Assembly: GCA_028684955.1 (NCBI GenBank)
Contig: JAQUEY010000003.1
Location: forward strand, 1-62,069
DNA length: 62,069 nt
Direction of reading: 5' to 3'
Source of the DNA: Eubacteriales bacterium
Lineage (GTDB): Bacteria > Bacillota > Clostridia > Saccharofermentanales > UBA5734
A program made the translations under genes and the position numbers. This document shows, one piece after another, positions 41,288-50,810 of this stretch (position 1 is the first letter of the stretch; every line of letters begins with the position of its first letter). Under the pieces are notes generated by a model, which saw only the letters and a program-made list of their open reading frames with translations, did no database searches and was not told the origin of the DNA.

Positions 41288-42104
41288 CTTCACACCCGGA
41301 CTATTCCCTTTTGCCATCCGCAGTTCCGATACGGATTTTGCCGACCAGCTCCACTTGTCTTCGCTGTTTGCCCTGATGCAGGAGGCTGCCTACCAGCATG
41401 CAGAACAGATCGGCATCGGTGCCAGCGCACTGGATCCGGCCGATCTGACCTGGCTTCTGTCCAAGGTCTCGGTTCGCCTGGATCGCCTGCCTCGCTGGGG
41501 TGAACCGATCTGGATCCGGACCTGGAGCCGCGGCGTGAAAAAACTCTTGTTCTTGCGCGACTATCAGTTACTGGCTGGTTCCCCTGACGCCCCTCCGATT
41601 GGCCGGGCAACCTCGGAATGGCTGGTGGCGCGCCAGTCAGACCATCGGCCACAGCGGCCTGAGGTGGTCCTGGGCCCTGCCGGCCTGCAGGGTGTCGCTC
41701 TGGAAATTCCGGAAACCTTCGACTTTGCCTGCGGCAAAATCGATCCGGCCCCGGACAGGGATGTTGCTAATGCCCCTGAACCGTTGCTGATCAAATTTGC
41801 CGATTTTTCCGAAATCGACCGCAACCACCATGTCAACAACACCCATTATGTCGCCTGGAGCATGGATGCCGCCTATGCCTATTTCCAGAATGGCCCGGGA
41901 CAGCTGTCAGGCTCTGCCCCCCGGCCACTCGATCTGGCCGCCATCGATATCCAGTATCTTTCGGAAATCCGGCCCGGTGAAAGGACCTATCTCACTGTCC
42001 ACGCGGATCCGCAGCAACCAGACGGGGTCCTTCTGGTCGAAGGCTCTCGCGCCGATCAAAAATCAACTGCTTTCCGAGCCCGGCTGTCCTTCCGTCAGAC
42101 GTAA
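41277..42104 (+). CDS. acyl-ACP thioesterase
   Basis: The double hot-dog pattern is present, with IRSSDTDFADQLHLSSLFALMQEAAYQHAE and NHHVNNTHYVAW. The gene overlaps the MFS 3' end by 11 nt. Confidence 0.8.
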   Translation: MTADFTPGLFPFAIRSSDTDFADQLHLSSLFALMQEAAYQHAEQIGIGASALDPADLTWLLSKVSVRLDRLPRWGEPIWIRTWSRGVKKLLFLRDYQLLAGSPDAPPIGRATSEWLVARQSDHRPQRPEVVLGPAGLQGVALEIPETFDFACGKIDPAPDRDVANAPEPLLIKFADFSEIDRNHHVNNTHYVAWSMDAAYAYFQNGPGQLSGSAPRPLDLAAIDIQYLSEIRPGERTYLTVHADPQQPDGVLLVEGSRADQKSTAFRARLSFRQT

Positions 42105-42252
42105 TTTTCAGCTAACGTTCACATAAGCTGGCCGCACCATCACATTCGATCTGATATAATCGTATCGGCTGTCCACGTGCTGCCTGCGAGGTTTTTTCTG
42201 GATGCAGACAGGTGGCTGAGTGTGCAACCGAACGTCCCACGGAGGAATTCCC

Positions 42253-43206
42253 ATGATCGAGATTCAAAACCTGGTCAAACATTATGGCGGGGTCAAGGCT
42301 GTCAACAACATCAGCTTCACCGTCGAAAAGGGTGAAGTCCTGGGTTTCCTGGGCCCCAACGGCGCCGGGAAATCAACCACCATGAACATTCTGACGGGCT
42401 ATCTGTCTGCCTCGTCAGGCACCGTTAAAATCGCTGGCTTTGATATCCTTCTAAATCCTCAGGAAGCCAAGCGCCACATCGGGTACTTGCCTGAGAATCC
42501 GCCCCTCTATCTGGACATGACGGTCCAGGAATACTTGCGTTTTGTCTGTGACCTGAAAGGCGTCAAGAAACATGAGCAGACCCGCCAGCTGGCTGAGATC
42601 ATGAAGCTGGCGCGAGTGTCCGATGTCGCAGGACGCCTGATCAAGAACCTTTCAAAGGGCTATCGTCAGCGCGTCGGCATAGCCCAGGCGCTGGTCGGCA
42701 ACCCTGAAGTCCTGGTGCTGGACGAACCGACGGTCGGCCTCGACCCCAAGCAGATCATCGAGATCAGAAACCTGATCAAGGACCTGGGCAAAAAACACAC
42801 CGTCATTTTAAGTTCACACATCCTGACCGAGGTCAAGGCCGTCTGTGACCGGGTCGTCATCATCAACCAGGGCACCATTGCAGCGATTGACACCCCTGAG
42901 GGTCTGTCACGCCAGATGGCCCGGGCCAACAAACTCTCCATGACAGCCGAGGGTCCCGCGCGCGTGATTATTGAAAAACTGCGCCAGCTCACCGGGGTGC
43001 GCGACATAGCGGTCCTTGCAGAAAAAGCAGGCAATCTCACGGTGTTCGAGATTGAACTTGAGCCAGAAACTGAAGCGCGAAAACCGATCTTTTTCGAAAT
43101 GGCTCGCCAAGGCTGGCCGATCATCGAATTCAAATCACTGGATCCGACCCTGGAGGAGATCTTCCTGCAGGTGACATCAGCAAGTCCTGAAGGGAAGAAG
43201 GGGTGA
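42253..43206 (+). CDS. ABC transporter ATP-binding protein (ABC-2/GldA-like)
   Basis: Walker A GPNGAGKST, signature LSKGYRQR and Walker B LVLDEPTVGLD are present. ATG 42253 follows a GGAGGAA SD. Confidence 0.92.
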   Translation: MIEIQNLVKHYGGVKAVNNISFTVEKGEVLGFLGPNGAGKSTTMNILTGYLSASSGTVKIAGFDILLNPQEAKRHIGYLPENPPLYLDMTVQEYLRFVCDLKGVKKHEQTRQLAEIMKLARVSDVAGRLIKNLSKGYRQRVGIAQALVGNPEVLVLDEPTVGLDPKQIIEIRNLIKDLGKKHTVILSSHILTEVKAVCDRVVIINQGTIAAIDTPEGLSRQMARANKLSMTAEGPARVIIEKLRQLTGVRDIAVLAEKAGNLTVFEIELEPETEARKPIFFEMARQGWPIIEFKSLDPTLEEIFLQVTSASPEGKKG

Positions 43207-43211
43207 GCGCC

Positions 43212-43997
43212 ATGACACGAATCCTGGCCATTTTCAAACGTGATTACCTGGCGTATTTCCGGTCCCCGATCGGTTTGGTTGTCCTGGCCATTTTCATGCT
43301 GCTCAGCGGCCTGTATTTCTCCGCTGGTGTCTTGCAGTCCTACCAGGACATGGTCGGTGAAATCGCGTTCATGCAATCATTCCTGTTCATCGTCGTGCCG
43401 CTTTTGACCATGCGCACATTCGCTGAAGACCGCAAGAATGGTACGGAGGTGTTGCTCTTGACATCTCCGGCCAATACGTTGGAAATCGTCCTGGGCAAAT
43501 ACCTCGCCGCTCTGGCCATGCTGGTGACCCTGCTGGCTGGCACACTGCTCCACTTGGCTGTCACGCTGGCCTATGGCGGCCTGATTGACTTCAATGTCCT
43601 CGGCGCCTACCTGGGCTTCCTGTTCCTGGCAGCCGCATTCCTGGCCATCGGCCTGTTTGCCTCGGCTACCACTGAAAACCAGATCATCGCAGCCGTCATC
43701 ACCTTTGTCGTCATCATCGCGCTGACGCTGCTCGATGCCATCGCCTCCATGGCTGGCCAGATGGTCACGACACTCCTCGCCCAGCTCAATTTCTTCGGCT
43801 TGCCTGACACCCGCATCGACCAGGCCGGACAGGCTGTGACCGGGGCCTTGCAGTGGCTCAGTCCCATGACGCGGATCACAGACCTGACCAATGGGATTTT
43901 TTCTCTGTCGCCGCTCCTGTTTTTGCTCAGTGTCGCCGCCGCATTCCTGTTTCTAACCAACCGACTGATTGAAAAACGACGCTGGAGCCAGAGGTGA
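43212..43997 (+). CDS. ABC-2 type transporter permease (GldF-like)
   Basis: Six predicted TM helices are present. The start is either ATG 43212 or GTG 43203, the latter overlapping the ATPase stop as GTGA. Confidence 0.82.
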   Translation: MTRILAIFKRDYLAYFRSPIGLVVLAIFMLLSGLYFSAGVLQSYQDMVGEIAFMQSFLFIVVPLLTMRTFAEDRKNGTEVLLLTSPANTLEIVLGKYLAALAMLVTLLAGTLLHLAVTLAYGGLIDFNVLGAYLGFLFLAAAFLAIGLFASATTENQIIAAVITFVVIIALTLLDAIASMAGQMVTTLLAQLNFFGLPDTRIDQAGQAVTGALQWLSPMTRITDLTNGIFSLSPLLFLLSVAAAFLFLTNRLIEKRRWSQR

Positions 43998-44001
43998 CAT
44001 C

Positions 44002-45474
44002 ATGAAAGTACCTGCCACAGACCACAGAAGCCAGACTCTGAAACTTTTTTCCGTCTCGATGACGGTCATCTTCCTGGCGATCCTTTTGGTGTTCAACATC
44101 GTCTTTGACCAGCTGCTGGGTGAAAAGCTCAAATGGGATTGGTCATCCGGACAATTGTACAGTCTGGGCGACGTCAGTGAAGCCATTTTGACCGACATGG
44201 ACCAGCCGGTGACCCTCACCGCCCTGTTTCGCGAAGAAGAGGCCGCCACATTCGGCTATGCCAGCATCCTGCCCCTGCTCAAGGAATACGAAGAAAAGTC
44301 CGGCGGACAACTGACGGTCCGATTCATCGATCCGGACCGGACGCCCTCTGTCCTGGCTGAGGTCGATCCGTCCGGTTACCTGGCCGCCCAGCAGGGTGAC
44401 TTGGTCTTTACCTGCGAAGCCACAGACAAAGGAAAAGTCGTCCGCTATGAGGATTTGTTCCAGACCGAGCTGGACTACCAGACGTACCAGACTGTCCTGA
44501 CTGGTGTGACCGCAGAGCAGAGCCTGACGGGAGCCATCCAGTCCGTCCTGTCGCCGGTCACTCCAACGGTCTATTTCACCCGGGGCCATGATGAGCCCGA
44601 CTACGAAACCGACTTTTCAGCCATCACCGGTTTGCTCAAGAACAACAATTTCGCGGTCGCAGAACTGGATCTTTTTTCTGGCGACCCAGTGCCGCTGGAC
44701 TGCTCGGTCCTGGTCATGATCGATCCTGAAAAGGACCTGACCGGTGCCGAGATGGAATCCATCGACCGCTACTTGCGTTCAGGCGGCAGCCTGATGGTGA
44801 TGTCCTCTTTTGGCACCCAGTCATTGCCCAATCTTAATTCGGTGCTCGCCGATTATGACTTGGCTCTGAGTTCTGACAAAATCCGGGAAGGCAGTCCAGA
44901 CTATCGCTTGAGCGATGACCCCTATGTGATCCGGGCCATTGCTCCAGCCGGATCGATCACCCAGCAGGCCATTGACGGCTTCACCCTTGCAGACAAGGTC
45001 CGTGCGATCGATCTGCGCAGCAGTGGCAGGGCGTACATCCAGACAGAGCCTCTGCTGACGACATCCGGCGAGGGTGTGCGGGAAACGGGCGGGGATCCTC
45101 TGGCCAACTCCGAGCCAGGCCTGCAGGTCCTGGCAGCCCTCAGTACCCATGAAGGCTACATCGACGGCAGCACGGTCACCGACAGTACCCGTGTCCTGGT
45201 TGTTGGATCAAGCTCCGTGTTTGGTGACGCGCTGATCAATCAGTACGGCAGCAACATTTACAATGCCGGCCTATTCTTCTACAGCATCCAGTGGCTAGCT
45301 GGCTCAGATGCCTCCGATGTCCTGTACATCGAAGCCAAAATACCGCCCAGCTATGCAGTTGCCACCGGGAATGCCACGGTCAATGGCCTGGTTGCCATTC
45401 TGGTCATCCTGGTGATCCCGGCTATCTTGTTCGTGCTGGCCTTGTGGGTCTACCGCCGCCGGAAAAACCTGTGA
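44002..45474 (+). CDS. GldG-like ABC-transport auxiliary protein
   Basis: N- and C-terminal TM anchors flank a large extracytoplasmic domain. The N-terminal pattern LGEKLKWDWSSGQLYSLGDVS and the position after the GldA/GldF-like genes support the call. Confidence 0.72.
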   Translation: MKVPATDHRSQTLKLFSVSMTVIFLAILLVFNIVFDQLLGEKLKWDWSSGQLYSLGDVSEAILTDMDQPVTLTALFREEEAATFGYASILPLLKEYEEKSGGQLTVRFIDPDRTPSVLAEVDPSGYLAAQQGDLVFTCEATDKGKVVRYEDLFQTELDYQTYQTVLTGVTAEQSLTGAIQSVLSPVTPTVYFTRGHDEPDYETDFSAITGLLKNNNFAVAELDLFSGDPVPLDCSVLVMIDPEKDLTGAEMESIDRYLRSGGSLMVMSSFGTQSLPNLNSVLADYDLALSSDKIREGSPDYRLSDDPYVIRAIAPAGSITQQAIDGFTLADKVRAIDLRSSGRAYIQTEPLLTTSGEGVRETGGDPLANSEPGLQVLAALSTHEGYIDGSTVTDSTRVLVVGSSSVFGDALINQYGSNIYNAGLFFYSIQWLAGSDASDVLYIEAKIPPSYAVATGNATVNGLVAILVILVIPAILFVLALWVYRRRKNL

Positions 45475-45503
45475 TCAGGTCATCAGACAGGGGAGTGACT
45501 TGA

Positions 45504-47048
45504 ATGAAAAAACAACTGCGAAACCTGCTGATCCTGTCCGGGGTGCTGGTGGCCTTGCTTGCGCTCTGGCTTGCGTCTGCCCGGTTGCCAGGCCGTGACG
45601 AGAGCAACGAAACCACTGCTGCCTCGACCTTGACTCAGATGGATTTGCTTACCGTCGATCCGGCCGAGGTGGCCCGGATTGCCGTGCACAACAATCACTC
45701 GGACCTGACCCTGCTGCCGGAAAGGCCCCAGGATGCTTCCGGCGAGGGGATCATCCTGTGGAAACTGGCCGAAGACCAGGGATTCCCGATCAGCCAGGCC
45801 AGCCTGGCTGACCTGGCTGAGGCGGCACTGGCCATAACCTATTCCGAGGTTATCGTGGATGATCCAGATGACCTGGCCGCTTTTGGTCTCAACCGGCCAG
45901 CCAGCACGATTTCAATCGTTTTCTCAAACGGCAGCAGTAAAACCGTCGAATTTGGCAGCAATCTGAGTTCAGGCAAGGGTACCTATGCGCGGATCAGCCA
46001 AGATACCCGCATCTATGCCGTGGACAGCCGGTTCAAGGACCTGTCCAGCCAATCCCTGGCCGACCTGATTGACCTGAGCCAGGCCATTGGCGGCCTCAAG
46101 ACCACGGATCTGGCCAGCATGAACTTTTTCCGCTCGGCCGATCAACTGAGCCTCTTGACAGCCATCGCGCCCATGGACCCAGAAGACCCGCAAGCCGGTC
46201 TGAGCTTCAATCTGACCGAGCCAGTCGCCCGTCCCGGCAACACCGACACCCTGACCAGCCTGCTGAACAGCATCCTCAACCTTTCTGCTGTGCGCATGGT
46301 GGACCTGGATGCCGGCGACCTGGCGCGCTATGGCCTGTCTGAGCCCAGGTACCAGTTTGCACTGGGTGCCCTGTCTGGCCAGGAGGTTGTTGTCAGCATC
46401 GGAGACAACGCTGGCAATGGCCAGTATTATGTGACCAGCTCTGCCTTGCCAGCGATCATGACCGTCCAGGCGGATGCTTTGACGGCAGTGGATCTGCCGC
46501 TGACCGACTACGTGGACCGATTCGTGGCCTTGATGAGCATCTGGAAAGTCTCGTCCGTGTCGCTTGACCTCGAAGGCGAGCAGCATGAGCTGGTTCTATC
46601 GATCACAGAAGGCCAGAAGGTGACAGATGAAGACGTCGTAGTGACGATGGATGGCCAGGACGCCAAAATTGTCAGCCCAACCGGTGAGAGTTTGTTCAGC
46701 AGTTTCTACCAGAAGCTGATCGGGATCCGGATCGATGGCTTTGACCTGGCGGCTAGCCCGGACGGACCTGTGACCAGCCAGATCGCCTACACGCTCAAAC
46801 CAGATCTGGAGACGCAAAGTGGCGGAAAAACCCTGGTCATTGAATTTGTCACCCGGGATGCGTATACTGATTACGTTTTAATCGATGGCAGTTATGCCGG
46901 CTTTTATGTCAACCACCGTGACGTTTTTACATCCGGGCTGGTTGGACAGGAGGGCCTGCTGGTTGCCATCTCGCAGCTTTCATATGCCATCGACCATGCC
47001 GTGGACGGTGTGTTCGATACCAGCAAAGGGTACCCGGCCACGACATGA
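45504..47048 (+). CDS. DUF4340 domain-containing protein
   Basis: A signal-anchor MKKQLRNLLILSGVLVALLALWL is followed by repeated beta-rich segments. The call rests on the position downstream of the GldG-like gene, which is typical for DUF4340, and on my memory of the family. Confidence 0.6.
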   Translation: MKKQLRNLLILSGVLVALLALWLASARLPGRDESNETTAASTLTQMDLLTVDPAEVARIAVHNNHSDLTLLPERPQDASGEGIILWKLAEDQGFPISQASLADLAEAALAITYSEVIVDDPDDLAAFGLNRPASTISIVFSNGSSKTVEFGSNLSSGKGTYARISQDTRIYAVDSRFKDLSSQSLADLIDLSQAIGGLKTTDLASMNFFRSADQLSLLTAIAPMDPEDPQAGLSFNLTEPVARPGNTDTLTSLLNSILNLSAVRMVDLDAGDLARYGLSEPRYQFALGALSGQEVVVSIGDNAGNGQYYVTSSALPAIMTVQADALTAVDLPLTDYVDRFVALMSIWKVSSVSLDLEGEQHELVLSITEGQKVTDEDVVVTMDGQDAKIVSPTGESLFSSFYQKLIGIRIDGFDLAASPDGPVTSQIAYTLKPDLETQSGGKTLVIEFVTRDAYTDYVLIDGSYAGFYVNHRDVFTSGLVGQEGLLVAISQLSYAIDHAVDGVFDTSKGYPATT

Positions 47049-48190
47049 CACCACCCAAAGAGACTCTGCCCCACCGCAGCAAAGCCAGCCTGGTCGTCCT
47101 GATCATGCTGGCATTCCTTTTGCTCGCGGCCGCAGTAGCCCTGGCCCTCTCCGTTCCGGAGCAGACCATCCTGCCCGATGCAACGGAGAGCATCGATCTG
47201 GCAGCTGCTGCCCAGCTCGGGTTTGCCTGTGATGCGACTGAAGCCCAGCACCTGTATCCTTTTGGCCAGGGGGTCGTCAAACTGACGCACAACCGCCTTT
47301 CCTATCTGGCCATTGATGGGACTGAAATTTATGCCCGGGAAATCGACATGGTGTCTCCATTTGCGGTGGTTGGCAGCGAACGAGTGCTCGCCGCTGACCG
47401 CGACGGTACGAGTTTTGTGATCGTCGATGAGACAGGCCTTGTCGCCAGCGGCAACCGCGAAGGCCGGATCACCGGGGCCGCGTTCGGATCCGGTCATTCA
47501 TTAGCCCTGATCGAGGACCGCCATGATAGCACAGGCGTGGTGGCCATCGTCGACAGTACGACAGGCGATCTGAATTATGAATGTCATTTCCCGGAGTCCG
47601 GCTATGTCTTGGCGGTCCGGTTCACTCCAGATGGCCAAGCCTTCGATGTGGCTCTGGTCAATGCCGATGGCCTTGTGACCCGACCGGTGCTCAAGCGCTT
47701 TGCTCTCGATGGTGAGGCTGTGGGCCAGCGCCTCCTCGATGCTCAGGGGCTCTATCCATCCCTGGCATATGATGAGGCTGGGCAGCTGGTCATCGGCAGT
47801 GATTCGCGCCTGACCGGTGTCGATTATGCGTCTGACCAGCCGCGCTTTGCCCTCGACCTGCCCCGGATCGAATCGGTCACAGCAACCGCTTCCGGGCTGG
47901 TTGTGTTGGCGGGAGAGCGCGTCAGTGGTAAACTGGGGCTGTATCCGCTGACCGGAACAGGCCAGCTGGGCAGCCGGACACAGATCGGCGAGACTGCCAC
48001 GGCCCCCGCTGTTTTTGGCACTCTTCTGGCGCTGGGCAGTTCGACCCGGGTCTTTGTCTATGATGCCGAAAACCAGACCTTGCGCCTGGACGCCAATTTG
48101 GCTGCCGAGATTGTCCGCCTGGCGTTTACCGATTCCCAGACTTTGACTGTCGTCACCTCGACTGGGGTGCGCCGGTTGACGATTCCATAA
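47045..48190 (+). CDS. hypothetical membrane-anchored beta-rich (propeller-like) protein, possibly DUF5711
   Basis: There is an ATGA start/stop overlap with the upstream gene. An N-terminal TM helix LVVLIMLAFLLLAAAVALAL is followed by repetitive beta-strand-like segments with no catalytic motif. Confidence 0.55.
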   Translation: MTPPKETLPHRSKASLVVLIMLAFLLLAAAVALALSVPEQTILPDATESIDLAAAAQLGFACDATEAQHLYPFGQGVVKLTHNRLSYLAIDGTEIYAREIDMVSPFAVVGSERVLAADRDGTSFVIVDETGLVASGNREGRITGAAFGSGHSLALIEDRHDSTGVVAIVDSTTGDLNYECHFPESGYVLAVRFTPDGQAFDVALVNADGLVTRPVLKRFALDGEAVGQRLLDAQGLYPSLAYDEAGQLVIGSDSRLTGVDYASDQPRFALDLPRIESVTATASGLVVLAGERVSGKLGLYPLTGTGQLGSRTQIGETATAPAVFGTLLALGSSTRVFVYDAENQTLRLDANLAAEIVRLAFTDSQTLTVVTSTGVRRLTIP

Positions 48191-48210
48191 ATCAAAAAGA
48201 AGGAGCGAGC

Positions 48211-50124
48211 ATGGAAACCCCAGCCGACCCCCCTCGAGAACCTGACCAGCCTGATCCGCAGCACTTGGTGGACACAATACCCCACGCCCCTTTTGCCAGC
48301 CGGTCCGAGATCCCGGACAATCACCGCTGGCGCCTGGAGGATATTTTCTCCGATGATGCAGCCTGGGAGGCTGCTTTTGCCACATTGCCGCCCCTTCTGG
48401 ATCAGCTGGTGGCCTGGCGCGGCTTGCTGGCCGCATCCCCGGACAACCTTGCCGCTGCCCTTTCGGGTTCGGACCTGTTGGAACAAGAGTGCCTCGAGCT
48501 TCTGGCCTATGCCCGGATGCGCCGTGACGAGGACAACACATTACCGGCTTATCAGGCCATGACCGACCGGATCACCTCTTTTTATTACCAATTTGCCGAG
48601 CAGACTGCTTTCATCCTGCCCGAAATGGCCCGGATCGATGCAGCTTTGCTTTTGGACTGGCAGGCCAGCACGCCTTCGCTGGCGGATTTTTGGATGTTGA
48701 TCGACAACAGCATCCGGAATCGCCCGCACACACTCAGCGAAGCGGAAGAAGCGTTGCTGTCCCGCTTCGGACCAGCCAGTGAGGGGATCAATGATGTCTT
48801 CTCGATGCTGGACCATGTGGAGATCGACCTGGGAGAATTCCCGGATGAGCAGGGCCTTTCCACCCGTCTGACCCATGGCCGTTTTGCCCAGCTGCGCGAG
48901 CATCCTGACCGGGAGGTGCGAGCCAGCGCTTTCGCCCAGATCCATGAATCCTACGCCAAAGTCGGCCGCACCCTTTCAACCCTCTATGCCACCCGGGTGA
49001 AAACCGACATCGCCTTTTCTGCCGCCCGCCGCCATACTGACACTTTGACAGGCGCCCTGTTTGCCGACAACCTGCCCAAAGAGACCGTGACCGGCCTGGT
49101 TTCTGCCGTCCATGCCGGACTGCCTGACCTGTACCGCTATCTCGGCTTGCGCCAGCGCCTGATGGGCCTTGATGACCTGCACATTTACGACACCTACGTG
49201 CCGCTGGTTTCGGAAAGCCAGCGCCGCTACTCGTACAGCCAAGCATGCGAACTGGTCAAGTCAGGACTTCGACCTTTGGGCGACGAGTATGCCACGGTGC
49301 TGGACCGTCACCTGTCAGACCGCTGGGTCGATGTCTATGAGACCCCTGGCAAAACGACTGGTGCGTATTCCTGGGGTACTTACCGCAGTCACCCCTATGT
49401 CCTTTTGAATTTCAGCGGTATGCAGAATGACGTTTTTACGCTGGCCCATGAGGTTGGCCACAGTTTGCATACCTACTTTTCATCGCGCCAGCCCTTTGCT
49501 CTGTCCCATTATCCGATCTTCCTGGCAGAGATTGCCTCAACCGTCAATGAGAATCTGCTGTCGCAGCACCTGATGGACCAGTGCGACACGCTGACACCAG
49601 AGGGACGCCAGGAGAAAATAGCCTTGCTCAACCATTTCCTCGAGGAATTCCGCCTGACTGTTTTCCGCCAGACGATGTTCTGCGAGTTCGAGCTCAAAGC
49701 CCATCAGGCTGCCGAATCCGGTCAGCCGTTGACAGCAGAGGTCCTGACAGAGCTGTACCGTGATCTCCTGGCCCTCTACTTCGGCCCGGGTGTCGTGATC
49801 GATCCGTTCATGCACTGGGAGTGGAGCCGGATCCCGCACTTCTACAATGCCTACTATGTGTTCAAGTATGCAACTGGATTTTCGGCTGCTGTGGCCTTGA
49901 GCCAGCAAATCCGCCAGGAAGGGGAGGAGGCTGTCCGCCGGTACCTCGAATTCCTTGGCTCGGGAGGATCTGGCTATCCGCTGGATTTGCTTTATAAGGC
50001 CGGTGTCGACCTGTCGACTTCCGCCCCGGTCCAGAATGCCCTGTCTGTCTTTGCCAAGGCTCTGGATGAACTGGAACATCTGCTTGCATCAGCCACTGGA
50101 CCGATCCCGGTCCAGAAGGCCTGA
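48211..50124 (+). CDS. pepF: oligoendopeptidase F (M3B family)
   Basis: Zinc motif HEVGHSLH is present, with M3B-typical length and C-terminal region. Confidence 0.9.
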   Translation: METPADPPREPDQPDPQHLVDTIPHAPFASRSEIPDNHRWRLEDIFSDDAAWEAAFATLPPLLDQLVAWRGLLAASPDNLAAALSGSDLLEQECLELLAYARMRRDEDNTLPAYQAMTDRITSFYYQFAEQTAFILPEMARIDAALLLDWQASTPSLADFWMLIDNSIRNRPHTLSEAEEALLSRFGPASEGINDVFSMLDHVEIDLGEFPDEQGLSTRLTHGRFAQLREHPDREVRASAFAQIHESYAKVGRTLSTLYATRVKTDIAFSAARRHTDTLTGALFADNLPKETVTGLVSAVHAGLPDLYRYLGLRQRLMGLDDLHIYDTYVPLVSESQRRYSYSQACELVKSGLRPLGDEYATVLDRHLSDRWVDVYETPGKTTGAYSWGTYRSHPYVLLNFSGMQNDVFTLAHEVGHSLHTYFSSRQPFALSHYPIFLAEIASTVNENLLSQHLMDQCDTLTPEGRQEKIALLNHFLEEFRLTVFRQTMFCEFELKAHQAAESGQPLTAEVLTELYRDLLALYFGPGVVIDPFMHWEWSRIPHFYNAYYVFKYATGFSAAVALSQQIRQEGEEAVRRYLEFLGSGGSGYPLDLLYKAGVDLSTSAPVQNALSVFAKALDELEHLLASATGPIPVQKA

Positions 50125-50141
50125 CTCTGGGAGGAACCAAC

Positions 50142-50810
50142 TTGGAATCCGAAATCAAATTGCGCCTTGAATCCACTACTGAGCTGACTGCGATTCTTGA
50201 ACATCCCCTGCTGTCCCGTCTGGCCATGCCGGATTCGCGCCGGGAACAAGACTTGGTCAATCTGTATTACGACACCCCCCGCCACGATCTGACCGAACGC
50301 GAGATGACTTTGCGCTTGCGCCAGGTTGCTGACCGGTCAGAAGTGACGATCAAATCCGGTGAGGCCACCGTCAGCGCGCTGCACCAGCGTTTCGAATGGA
50401 CCGCCGTATTCCCCGAAGACTGGGATGGAGACCTCAAGAATGGCCTGGACACCGGCTGGTTCAAGCGCGAGGCCACCAGCATGGGCGATCCAGACTCCCA
50501 GTTGCAGGAAGCCCTGCGCCTGATCAAGGCACGTCCCCTGATCATCCTGTGTGAGGCTCGTTTCCAGCGCATCACGTATGACATTGGCTATGGCGACTCC
50601 TTGCTGGAATTGGCCATCGATCGAGGTGAACTCATCGCCGGCGACCTCAGTGAACCTCTCTATGAGATTGAAGTGGAACTCAAGGAAGGCGACGTGCGAG
50701 ACCTGGTCGAGCTGGGGCAGGTCATGCAGGAACAGCTGCCGGTCCAGCCGGAGGAGTTGAGCAAGTTTGCCCGTTGCCTGAGGCTTTTGGCCAAGCAAAA
50801 ACCGCTATGA
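50142..50810 (+). CDS. CYTH domain protein (triphosphate tunnel metalloenzyme)
   Basis: The N-terminal ExExK signature (ESEIKLRL) and later acidic strands (YEIEVELKEGD) are present. The start is TTG, 7 nt after a GGGAGGA SD. Confidence 0.8.
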   Translation: MESEIKLRLESTTELTAILEHPLLSRLAMPDSRREQDLVNLYYDTPRHDLTEREMTLRLRQVADRSEVTIKSGEATVSALHQRFEWTAVFPEDWDGDLKNGLDTGWFKREATSMGDPDSQLQEALRLIKARPLIILCEARFQRITYDIGYGDSLLELAIDRGELIAGDLSEPLYEIEVELKEGDVRDLVELGQVMQEQLPVQPEELSKFARCLRLLAKQKPL

